From: Octopus sinensis
Lineage: Eukaryota
Direction: 5' to 3'
Assembly: GCF_006345805.1 (NCBI RefSeq)
Contig: NC_042998.1
Coordinates: forward strand, 138,074,001-138,138,000
DNA: 64,000 bases
Part shown: one piece after another, positions 52,290 to 64,000 of the stretch
Layout of the letters: every line of letters begins with the position of its first letter
Position numbering within the stretch: the first letter of the stretch is position 1
The notes under the pieces: model-generated
The model's input: only the letters and a program-made list of their open reading frames with translations
Database searches by the model: none
What the model was told of the DNA's origin: nothing
Position numbers and translations under genes: made by a program

Positions 52290-53800
52290 GAGAACAGACA
52301 GATTGATCTAGACAGATTGATTAAAGCCCTTATCATCTATATAGGAAATAAAGTAGGCCTTGAACCAAACCGTAAAAGTGGGAAAGAAAGAAATGAACCT
52401 TGGTGGAAAAGAAGAATAAAACAATCAATGAACGAACTACAAAAACATATCAACATCTTGGAAAGAAAGGAAAAAAGTGAAATCTAGAGGGAGGAGAAAT
52501 ATCAGGAACTAGAACGTAGATGTTGGATAAAGAAAAAGGGGCTAAATGTAGTTCTTGAAGAGTTGAAACAAAGACTGCAGGCTTAAGCGACAAAGATCAA
52601 GAGATATGACCAAAGAATTGAGCAATATAAAATCAAGAGACCAGAAAAGGTGTTTATCAACAGCTGAATGGGAAGGTTAACAGTAGTGAGAGACCGGACG
52701 CTGAAGAAAGTAAAACGTTTTGGAGTAACATCTGGGATAACGGAAGAAAATATAACAAAGATGCGAAATGGTTGAAGGAACTAAGATCAGAAAAATATGA
52801 GGTGAAACAGTAATATTAGAATAACGACTGAGATGGTGACCGAACAGAATATAAAGATCCCAAACTTGAAATTCCCAAGGCTGGATGGGATACAAGGATA
52901 TTGGCTGAACAATTACCCAGCACTACACAGGAGAATAGCTACGTAAATTCATAAAATGATCAACAACGGGGCACAAACCTCAAGGTGGCTGACCGCAGGT
53001 AAAACAATTCTAAAAGGACTCCAGGTAATGCAGTGGATAATTACAGGCCTATTACCTGCTTGCCTCTGATGTGGAAGCTGATGACGGGAATAATATACAA
53101 TTACGTTTATAACTTCCTGGAAATGAATGATAAACTGCCAGTGGAACAGAAAGGATGCAGAAGGAAAAGCCGAGGGACAAAAGACCAACTTCTGATAGAC
53201 AGAAGAGTATTGAACGACTGCATGAAATTACTTACTAATCTGAGCATGGCGTAGATCGATTATAAAAAAAAAAACGTATGACATGGTCCCCCATTCCTGG
53301 ATTTTCGAAAGTCTTGAGCTGGTATAGGTGTCTGATAACATCAACTTTTATTAGGTGCTCAATGAAGAACTGGAATACAGAGTTAACTTCATGTGAGCAA
53401 TTTTGGCAAAGGTTAACATCAAGAGTGGTATATTTCAAGGAGATAGCCTATCCCCATTGTGTTTGTGATTTGTATGATACTCCTCACACAGATACTACGG
53501 AAAGGGTTATCCGGGTACACCTTAAAAAGTAGAGGAAGGTTAAATCATGTTGTATGTGGATGACTTCAAGATCTTTGGGAAGACCGAACGTGAAATAAAT
53601 GGCCTAGTTTCAACAGTGCAGTTATTCAGTAAGGATATGGGAATGGAATTTGGGATTTGAACGTGTGATATGCTTGTAATACAAAAAAGCAAAATAATGT
53701 CGTCTGGTAGTGTAGAACTACCCAACGGCGACAAAATCAAGGATATTGAGACTGATGGATATCAGTATCTGGGTATTTTGGAATATGACAAAATCGAAGT
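52290..53800 (+). mobile_element. Second RLE-type LINE fragment with RT domain
   Basis: [74 protein letters not shown] and YQYLGILE. It restarts upstream of RT, so it is a different copy from 50370-52285. Confidence 0.88.
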
Positions 53801-54419
53801 GCTCTATATATAGTACCAATCCACCAACTGTAATTATTTTGATATAAGCAGAAGTTCCGAAATTAGGAGGAGGGGGACAATCGTATCCTCTCCCAGCTGA
53901 TAAATTATAAAACCGCTGGTACATGACCAAACAGTTTTGGGAGAATGTTTATAGTCGATTAGACGGATCTTATAACTTAACTGGTATTTTATTGACCTCG
54001 GAAAGATGACGACTAAAGTCAACACTGGAGTGATTTGAACTCAGAGTGGGAATTGAGCAAAGATAACCATCACAAGAATTATTATCAGAGGAAAGGAGTA
54101 AATAATCGTGACCGACGAAACACAGGGAAAAATAAAAAGAACTGAGCAAACAAGATCACTTAGTCAAGCATTGAAATGCTAGCGCCAATAAATGTTTCTG
54201 ACAAATGCACAAGGGAGTATAAAAAATTGGGAGAAGGTTCAGTCGAATAAGTCGATACTAGTATTTAACTGCTATTTTATTTTACGACACCTGAAAAGCT
54301 GAGCTTGACGGTATTTGAACCTACAAAATAAGGAATCGGATGAAAAGTCACGAAGTAATATTTTTTTATGATGTCTTAACGATTTTGCTTAATCCTTGTA
54401 AACAATATTATTAACGCTG

Positions 54420-54800
54420 TTGTTGTTGTTGGTGGTGATGATGGTGATGATGATGATGACGATGATGGTGATGATTGTGACAACGACGATAACAAAGACG
54501 ACGAAGATGACGACGACGATTACGATAAAGCTGCTGCTGCTGTTGCTACTGATGATGATGATGATGGCGACGACAACGACGACGATGATAACGACGATGA
54601 TGACGATGATGGCGATGATGACAATGATAACGATGATACAATGATGACACTAACGGCTACGACGATAATACTGACGACGACGATGATGATGTTGGTGATG
54701 GTGATAACTATAGTGATAACTGCAACGTCGACGGCAATAACAACGATGATGTCGATGACTGTGATGATGATGTTGATGATGATGTCCACGATACAATATT
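54420..54800. repeat. Degenerate trinucleotide tract (GAT/GAC/GGT/AAC mosaic)
   Basis: Seen directly; 3-nt periodicity with mixed units. Confidence 0.85.
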
Positions 54801-55422
54801 AATTTCAGTACAATTCTAAATAAACAATTTAAATTAATGTGCATATATCTCATTAATATTAAAACTATTGTCATTTATATAATTACGTTTACTCAGACAA
54901 ATAAATAAATAAATATGGTGTATATTGTGTATACTGTGAATTATTACGTTATTTATATTGTGAATTATATTCCATTTATATTGCTAATTATATGCTATCC
55001 ATTTGAGAATAATATTATATTTAGATTACTAATTACGTTATGAAATATATTTCATGTAGTCATCATATTGTATGGTTCTTATATGTTATTTATATTTGCA
55101 TATTGTATTAACGGAGTGAATTAAATTGTTTTAATATTATTAGGAATTACATTGTATTTATATTATAAATTGTATTGCACTATTTATATTGCGTTTATTA
55201 TATACTGAATTATATTGTGTGTTAAATTTTAGATTATATTTATATTGTAAAACACAGATCGTAATATATAGATTGTCTACATTGAGAACTATACTGCATG
55301 AGCATACATATACATACATACATACATACATACATACATACATACATACATACATACATACATGCATGCATGCATGCATACATGCACACATACATACATA
55401 CATACATACATACATACATACA

Positions 55423-55456
<34 letters not shown>

Positions 55457-55922
55457 CATGCATGCATATAGAAACGCATGCATGCTACCGATAAAACCTA
55501 CCACAGCTGCAGGACGATTTTCATCGGCTCCTGATATATATTCATATTTATGTTTTTAAACACCGTACGTCCATAAGCGATATTAACACAGGCTGAATAC
55601 CATAGTTAATTTGCCTTTTCGTGGTGCATCTACATGAAGTATGACACATACCTGGCTATTTTAATCTAATACTTGTTTTGTTGCGCATCGGATATATATA
55701 TATATATATATATAATATATATATATATATATGTATGTATGTGTGTGTGTGTGTGTGTGTATGTGTGTATTTAGCACTGTTTTATATATATATATGTATA
55801 TATATAAATATACATACATACACACTCACACACACACACATACACACACACATACATACATACATACATACATACATACATACATACATACATACATACA
55901 TGCATACATATATATATATATA

Positions 55923-56150
55923 TGTTTGTAGCCACTTCAACATGGCTGTCCGTTCAAACGGACTTTACTGCGAGTTTTTAACCCCAAGAAGACTTCGCCT
56001 CTAGCTAGTTAACGATGCACAGCTGCTTCCGATATATTGCGAACTGGGGAGCGTACCCCTACCACCTTCTGGCAACGGGACCAACAGACCAGCTTGGTTT
56101 AGAGGTGTTTCTACCTCTCTTCAGTGCTGGACACCACGTCTGCTAGAGAT
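55923..56150 (-). repeat. Hammerhead repeat X, copy A (3' part; 5' part continues at 58635-58714)
   Basis: Similar to 58737-58949 (direct) and 58951-59296 (inverted); end motif tgtttgtagccact. Confidence 0.88.
56081..56130 (-). ncRNA. Type I hammerhead ribozyme with one core substitution (G12 to U)
   Basis: Minus strand reads CCAGCA CUGAAGA GAGGU agaaac ACCUC UAAAC CAAGCUG GUC UGUUGG. Helix I has 6 bp and helix II 5 perfect bp; helix III has a near-palindromic loop; the triplet is GUC. The other two copies retain GAAAC. Confidence 0.8.
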
Positions 56151-58634
56151 GTATTCTTTATTGTGATAATATTTATCAGACATAGAGAGGACAATACAGG
56201 ACATCACAAACAAAAAGTGTTCAAGGGTTCATAAATGAGTTTTAAAAATACGATGATGTATTTAAATCTAAATAAAAAATTTTAAACCTTGGCCGTGAAG
56301 TCCACCGGCTATACCGTACTACTTTTCTATGGTTGAGATTAAGCAGGGTCATTCACCTCCAACTTTCTGTCCATATCCTTCTATCTTTTCCCATATACAC
56401 TTCGCGACAGGTGTCTTTCTCCAGCCCTATCTTGCTTTTCAGATGATATCTGAAGTAGTATAGCAAGCCAGGGCTGGAGATGAATCTTCCCGTCATTCTA
56501 GATTTCCATATACATTCTTTCAGTACTGCAACTGTGCACAAGAAACACGCCTTACCTTCCTTTGTCAACAAAAGCGTGGACAACTAAACGTATTCCTATC
56601 TGTATCCCTAACGAAATTCCTATCTATATAGAATCTGAGTGAACCGTCGTTATTAGTCCATGTTTACTGTGGAACCAGCGGTTCATCCAGTCTATAACGG
56701 TCTACTAGATTACAGAATTCTTTTGAGGCCCGGGCTTCTCTTGCTATCGGTTGAGCCAGCACTAACCGCCCGTGCATCGAGAATAGAGTTAAAGTTTCCT
56801 CGTACAACTAGAGTTCTTGACGTCACTAAGAAGTTCCCGGTAACAGCCAGCCTGTCTACTTTGTTTTGGTGCATAGACAGCTACCAACCTGAAGGACTAT
56901 TTACTTACATGTGTTACATTCAAAACGACCAGCCTACCTTCTGTGTCCAGAAAGACTGCACTTGCCTGCACGTCCAGGTTTTCCTTCAATAAGACCACAC
57001 GACCTCACTCCCCCACCATTTCTCGTAGCCATTTAGAAGGGACGAGAACGCTTGTAGCCCACACAGCTTAGACTACGATACAATACATACATCTATATCT
57101 AGTGACCTAAGTTTGTTTCCAGTTCAACCCTAGGCTACACGCATTTATACACCCTAACTTAATTTCCATAATAAAATGGTATTTACATTTTTAGTTTGAG
57201 GGGCTGCACGAATTCAGCTTCACCCGATCCTTTTTCTTCTGTGGTGTAACCCCTGGACTGACCCTAAAACTTTGGCCGCCCATCTCTTTGCTAACATCAT
57301 TGATGTCGTCTGGGCACCTTATTATTGTCATTAAAAGAAATAATTTTGTTTTGCGTCTTGAGGTGGGAATGGGAAATGGGTTTTAACAAGGGGTGGTCTG
57401 GGGTTGGGTTTCGTGTGTGTCTGCATTTGCTTTGGATATTTTCTTTGTATGGGATGAGGAATCTTTCTTTTTGGGGGATTTAACTGTGGTAAACTTCATT
57501 TCGTCACCTTCTGTGGTTTGTACTGTTGCCTCTTGTTTCCTTGGGTTCTTGTATAACTTTTGATTGTTTTGCTGGTTGCTTTTTTTCTCTTCCGCGTTTT
57601 GTGGGTTTCGTTCTTCTTTGCTTTACAGTCTGAGTTAACATTGACCCTTCTCGCCGCATTTAAAGCAACGCGGCCTACGTCCTTCTACTCCGATCCTTAC
57701 GCTTAGCCCCTCGCCTATATAAACTTCAGGTTTGGCCTGTACGACCATCTCGAGGGACTGACCTTTCCAGTTCTCTATTTCCTTTTTTGTTTTTCATTTT
57801 CAGAATGCTCATTTCCTCTTCCAGGTCATTAGTAATGGCTGCCGTTATCCATATAACGTCGAAACCTGCCAGAATTTCTTCCACTTTAATTTTAGCGGTC
57901 CGTCTGCCCATATACGTCGGCAGTAATATCACCTCTTCATTTTTTAAGGTCATTGAAGATAAATCCTTTGCCGTTTTTTCATCGGCGAATTGAGCCTTCT
58001 TTCACGGCCGACGTAAATTATTCTGTTCCAGATTGGCGACAGGCATTTTTCTATCGCCTCACTTTTACATGTAATAATTCTCTTTTCTTTCATACTGTAC
58101 GTTTTGTGTACTATAGTTTTTGCCGCAATATTCTGTAAAACTTCTTGACAAGGGAGTAGTTTTATATCACTTCCTTTTTTTTTTTTGACAAGGTTCCTAT
58201 ATTTAAAAAGTTTTGCCATTGTGACTTCCATTGTTATCATGTTGCTGCCAACGGTGGCCGAAAAACTTCGTTTTTCCTTTTGTACTTGCGTTAAATTTTC
58301 ATTATTTTTAGCCTTTTCCAAGTCTGGGAAACCTTCGTTCGAAAACAAATTGTAATCCATGACGTGAAAATTTTTCATAGTAAACAAATTCCTTCAAAAA
58401 GGAATGAAATTAGCCAAAAATAATTTTTGACAAAAACTAATTTTTATCCTGCAAAGGGTAAAAATCGCAGTTCTAATCACAGTTGTCGCTTTTACAAAAA
58501 TATTTCAAAATTTAAGAATTTTCTGCCCCCAAGGGCGAAAATAACAATTAACAAATAAATCACAGTTCAATTCCAACAATTGCAAAAATAACAATGAAGC
58601 ATTAACTCACAACAACCAAAAAAGCCTGACACGT
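56151..58634 (-). mobile_element. L1/Tx1-clade LINE, both ends present, RT deleted, 13-bp TSD
   Basis: ORF1 remnants (58387-57726) with CFKCGEKG(H)VNSDC knuckle at 57625-57667, broken by a 1-nt insertion. APE motifs FRLVAVYAP, LVVRGNFNSILD and WTNNDGSLRFYIDR at ~56620-56895 join near 56575 to an L1/Tx1-like C-terminus (AVLKECIWKSR..YFRYHLKSKI). AATAAA lies just inside the 3' end. TSD gtctg(c/g)tagagat at 56138-56150 and 58635-58647. Confidence 0.85.
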
Positions 58635-58736
58635 GTCTGGTAGAGATAGCAGTAGCTCGCTGATTTTTCAACACGCAAAAATGTTAGTTTTAAAATCTCT
58701 TTAAGAGATCAACACAGTAGTTGTACTAACAAGTAC

Positions 58737-58949
58737 TGTTTGTAGCCACTTCAACATGGCTGTCCGTTCGAACGGAATTTAGTGCGATTTTTTAACCCCG
58801 AGAGGATAAGAGGATATCTCCCCTAGCTGGTTAACGATGCACAGCTGCATCCAATATATTGCGAGAAGGGGAGTGAACCTTTACGACCTTCTAGCGACAG
58901 GACCAGCTTGGTTTCTGGCTATTTCTACCTCTCTTCAATACTGGACACC
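58737..58949 (-). repeat. Hammerhead repeat X, copy B (partial; C3 to U in core)
   Basis: Minus strand reads ccagua UUGAAGA gagguagaaauagcca GAAAC caagcug GUC at 58895-58944. Confidence 0.82.
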
Positions 58950-58950
58950 T

Positions 58951-59296
58951 TGTTGATCTCTTAGAGAAATTTTAGAACTAGCATTTTTGCTTGTTGCAAA
59001 ATCAGCGATTATGTGTCGCTTGAAATTATATATATTGCGAGCAGGAGCGAGCTACTGCTGTCTCTAGCAGACGAGGTGTTCAGTACTGAAGAGAGAGAGA
59101 CAGAAATAGCCTGAAACCAGGCTGGCCAGCTGGTTTTGTTGCTAGAAGGCGGTGGGGGTTCGCGCCCCTGATCGTAATATATCTGATGTAGCTGTGTGAG
59201 CATCGTTAACCAGCTAGAGGAGATGTCCTCTTGGGGGTTAAAAAATTGCAGTAAAATCCATTCGAATGGACAGTCATGTTATAGTGGCTACAAACA
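58951..59296 (+). repeat. Hammerhead repeat X, copy C (inverted, uninterrupted)
   Basis: Contains the uninterrupted junction gctactgctgtctctagcagacgaggtg, CTGAAGA at 59086-59092 and GAAAC at 59113-59117; the cleavage triplet is altered to GCC. Confidence 0.85.
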
Positions 59297-59308
59297 ACTT
59301 ATATATAT

Positions 59309-59356
<48 letters not shown>

Positions 59357-59361
<5 letters not shown>

Positions 59362-59703
59362 GGGGGTAAAGACCCCCTTCGGTCAGGCACTGACCATGGG
59401 TTTGCACCTAGAGAGATACCCTCTGAGGCACAAGTCTGGGCAAGGTTGTTTTATGGAAGACCAGCAGTCGCCCATGCATACCGGCCTCCCCTCTCCACGT
59501 CACCGATGTTGTCCAAGGGAAAGGCAAGGGCCGATACAGCTTGGGACCTGTGACGTCGCAACTCATTTCTACAGCTGAGTGAACTGGAGCAACGTGAAAT
59601 AAAGTGCCTTGCTCAAGAACACAACACGCAGCCCCGTCTGGGATTCGAGCTCACAACCTCACGATCGTAAGCTCGACGCTCTAACCACTGAGCCATGCGC
59701 CTT
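59357..59703 (-). mobile_element. SINE family C (tRNA-derived head)
   Basis: Head GGCGCATGGCTCAGTGGTTAGAGCG..GAGCTCGAATCCC followed by a cttgagcaaggcactttatttcacgttgctccag body; degenerate copies at ~27040-27245 and ~35770-36070. Confidence 0.82.
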
Positions 59704-59733
59704 CTCATATATATATATATATATATATATATG

Positions 59734-59770
<37 letters not shown>

Positions 59771-60650
59771 TGTATGTATGTATGTATTTAGCAATATATA
59801 AGACCTTCGAGTGGCAGGACCAGAAGACATTAAAAGTGAGCTTGAATCTTGCTTGCTTGCTTGTTTGCAATGTTACCCAGCCAAACTGGTGCATAATGGG
59901 AAAATACTCCGAGCATAACTTAATCCTGAAAGGGAAGAAACTCTAACCTTTCGAGTAGACACGGTGATTTGACAAAGACAAAATTCGAGTTGTTTTTAAA
60001 GTAAATGGTTCGAATGTCTCTATTGTTAAACACAATATTTTAATCCTTTAGAAATATTTTTAAGTGAATGTGATTTCAAAAATGTAAGTTGTTTGTACAG
60101 TAAGTACTTATATTTTAGCATTCTTTAAATAGGCAATATTTTGATGTTTTTTAAATTATTTTCAAGTGAATACCTTTACAAAAAATTTCTTTGGCATATT
60201 TAAAAAATATTTTGAAGTGAAAATGACTTTAAACATACGGTAAATATTTTGTAAAAGACCCGTTCGTAACCGCGGTGTGAAATAATTTTTTTCCATAGGT
60301 TGTTTTCGAGTGCATTCAACGTATCTCACCCCCAAAGATTTGGTTGCTCTTTCTAACACGCCCTGCTACCACGTAACAGCTATTTGCGATAAAGGACCCG
60401 AAATACCTGTCACGTGGTAGCAGGGCGTGCAAGAAATAGTAGCCAAATCTTTTCGTTCTGGGGAAAAGAGCCATTTACGCGTGGTTTCGATGTCATATTC
60501 GTTGAAAGCCTGCAAAATAACCGGGAAAAGAAAAAAACCCCGAAAAACAATATTCCATTGTTGGGTAACTCGGACTTTCTCAGTGACCCAAAGGGTCATG
60601 GGCAGTCTAGTATACATACACACATTCATACATACATACATACATATATA

Positions 60651-60688
<38 letters not shown>

Positions 60689-60716
60689 ATATATATATAT
60701 ATAATATATATATATA

Positions 60717-60779
<63 letters not shown>

Positions 60780-60803
60780 ATATATATAATATATATATAT
60801 ATA

Positions 60804-61554
60804 CGTGGTAAATCAATAAATATTCGGGCTGTAACTATAGTAACGAAGCTAAAGCACGCAGAGTAAATCCGCTTGACACAGATTGATCTTGAACTTTGCT
60901 GTGCATGCGCATTAAGTTGTACCGTTCTAGCTCACTTCTGTGCTTGGAAGGTGTGTAGCGTGTGATCGTTGCATTGACCGTGACAGAGAAGTTGAGCAAA
61001 GAATCTGCGTTAAATTTTGCCAAAAGCTTGGCGATACCTGCTCAGAGGTCCACGCAAAGATTTCAAAAAAGTTTTCATTGTTTTCGAGACCACCATAGAC
61101 ATCTTGTGCAACTAAAACCCGAGTGTCTTTTTGGTCAGCTGAAAGCAGTTTTTGCTACAAACTTGGCAGACGATGTCATTCTTAGTTCAACTTGTTGCGG
61201 GTCTTCCAGAGCGTTGGTCAATGTCGATATTTTTCGGCCATATTGGAAATGTCTGAACCACTCGTACACTCATGTGCGGCTCATAAACTCCTCTCCATAC
61301 ACTTTCTGCAACTTTACGTAGACCTCTGAGCAGGTATTGCCATGACAACTTTCTCTGTTATGGTCAATGCGACGATCACACGCTACACACCTTCATTCCG
61401 AGCACTGCTGTAAGCAGCGGAAATGAAGTGGAACATTAAAACTTAGTGCACATGTACAGCAGAGTTCGGGGTCAATCTTTCGCAAGGGGCTTTACTCTGC
61501 ATGGTTTAGCTTTGTTAATATGGCAACAGTTCGGATACTTATTGATCAGTCCTC

Positions 61555-61555
<1 letters not shown>
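60804..61555. mobile_element. Mariner-derived fold-back element (two left ends facing each other), copy 1
   Basis: TA-flanked. The left arm (60804 to ~61050, +) and right arm (~61050-61555, -) both match the mariner left end at 12921. The minus arm encodes an internally deleted transposase start (KLQKVYGEEFMSR..YEWFRHF..QRSGRP). Confidence 0.88.
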
Positions 61556-61621
<66 letters not shown>

Positions 61622-61667
61622 TATATAATATATATATATATATATATAATATATATATATATATATA

Positions 61668-62492
<825 letters not shown>

Positions 62493-62504
62493 ATATATAA
62501 TATA

Positions 62505-62540
<36 letters not shown>

Positions 62541-62788
62541 CATACATATATGGATACAGACAGACAGACATACACACACACACACATGCACACGCACATG
62601 TATATATATGCAAGAACATGGATGACAGTGACCTCTGAATTCCGGCTTAAGGAAACAAAAATATGTATTTAGCAATGCTCCTCACCGCTGCTAGATGATT
62701 TTCGCCTGTTGCTGATATAGTTCTCTGTTTCTTGACATTACACGTCTATAATTGATGCTCCCTCGAGATGAATACCACGATATATCTG

Positions 62789-62824
<36 letters not shown>

Positions 62825-63153
62825 CATATATATATATATAATATATATATATATATATGCATACATGCGCGCGCACACACACACACATACACGCAACACC
62901 AGCGCCTGTTCTGACACTGTTTTCTATATATCGCTGGCGGAGAGATGAAACGCCGCTATCTCCAGAAGTCGAGCGTCCATCACTGAAAAGACCATGGAAG
63001 GTCGAAATCGCGTGAAATGGTAGTCTCGGCGTTGGAGATAGCAGCAATTCATCTCCCCGCTAGTCATATAAACAAGAGTGCATTTTACTTCAAAAGCCAA
63101 TAAGAGAGTTTCTCACACGGTATATATTGCATGGTATGTACAGAACAGCCACG

Positions 63154-63191
<38 letters not shown>

Positions 63192-64000
63192 GCGCGCGCG
63201 CGTGCGTGTGTGTGCGGGTGTGTATACATATATATATATAGGTATATCGATGCATATGTGTATGTATTTGTACAAGCTAACAAGATGTCAAAAGTCATAA
63301 TAGATACATAAGATGAGTATTAAGAACAAAGCCAGTACCTAAACTACGATGTTAAGTGTAGAGATGTGAGATTCTCATAAATAAGAGGTTGCTTAGAGAA
63401 TGCTTTGATTGGGCTGATGCTGGTATAAGAGAACAAAATATGACTAGGCAGTCGCAAGTTATCAAATCAAATTATAACATATTTGACATATTGAAGAGGG
63501 AACAAAGATATATAAACCTGTATAAAAATGTAGCAAGAAGCCAGTATAAGATCTGGAAGGTGAAAGTTCTTAGCGATACTGCGTAGATGGATAAAATTTT
63601 GTATGAACTGGAAGAGAATTCGAGAAATCTTAGTGTAGATTCTACCTAGATATGAAGTAAAATCCACGGAACACTTGTGCAAAGCATATAAGTGATGGAA
63701 AGGAAAAACATGCAGGTAGTACTTTACAGCTGTTTCTGAGAAAGTTGCATATTAGGAGCAGATCTGTGCATTTTCTTATAGTTCAGGATGCGGTATGTAA
63801 TCCATCCCATTTCCCCAGTTCTTTTTCTTTTATCCGTGATCCCATGAATTTTACTTACCTATCTATATAAAATCAACACCAAGGACTTCTCGATTTCTCT
63901 CGTATTTCATTTTGGAGTGTACTCGTCTTCATGAACTTCCACCCTCCAGATCTTTCCTGGTTTCTCCGACTCAGAGCTATACTCGATACGTCAAGCTCTC

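Noticed and set aside
54420-54874. Poly-D/T/M ORFs resembling an acidic protein exon
   Set aside because: Degenerate trinucleotide repeat with no splice context, next to other simple repeats.
55923-58949. LTR or DIRS retrotransposon (direct repeats around ORFs plus an inverted copy)
   Set aside because: Internal ORFs are APE/L1-type with their own TSD inside repeat X; no integrase, RNase H or tyrosine recombinase motifs.
59630-59703. Possible tRNA gene
   Set aside because: Anticodon stem does not pair, the T-loop is mutated, and it continues into a SINE body with other copies in the window.
63966-63992. Hammerhead-like ccgactca gagc tat actc gatac gtc at the window end
   Set aside because: At least four core mismatches and truncated context; too degenerate to call.

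Overview
AT-rich, microsatellite-saturated animal DNA. The repeat families look like those I recall from octopus genomes, so the organism call is an inference. The only host gene I can support is the homeobox gene Orthopedia (Otp) on the minus strand. It has a predicted first coding exon at 40149-40215 (MDLNSSPTSMSLSESLMMNGVP), a ~30 kb intron containing a 100-N gap, and a confident exon at 9261-9682 carrying homeodomain residues 1-46. The WFQNRR/OAR exon appears to lie left of the window. The rest is simple repeats, tRNA-derived SINEs, RTE LINE 3' ends, mariner remnants, a hAT MITE, a Penelope-like element, a cluster of RLE-type (R4/Dong-like) LINEs in (TAA)n tracts, and an RT-deleted L1/Tx1 element. 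The most interesting signal is RNA structure. (1) A minimal type I hammerhead ribozyme with an intact core (10935-10980, minus strand, the Otp sense strand) lies in a Penelope-like insertion with a 13-bp TSD and a tRNA-like cassette, ~1.25 kb upstream of the Otp exon-2 acceptor. (2) A second, unrelated hammerhead repeat occurs in three copies at 55.9-59.3 kb. One copy is split by the L1/Tx1 element with a 13-bp TSD just 5' of the ribozyme, and an uninterrupted copy lies next to it. (3) Fold-back elements are repeatedly nested in (TA)n tracts. All alignments and folds were done by eye.
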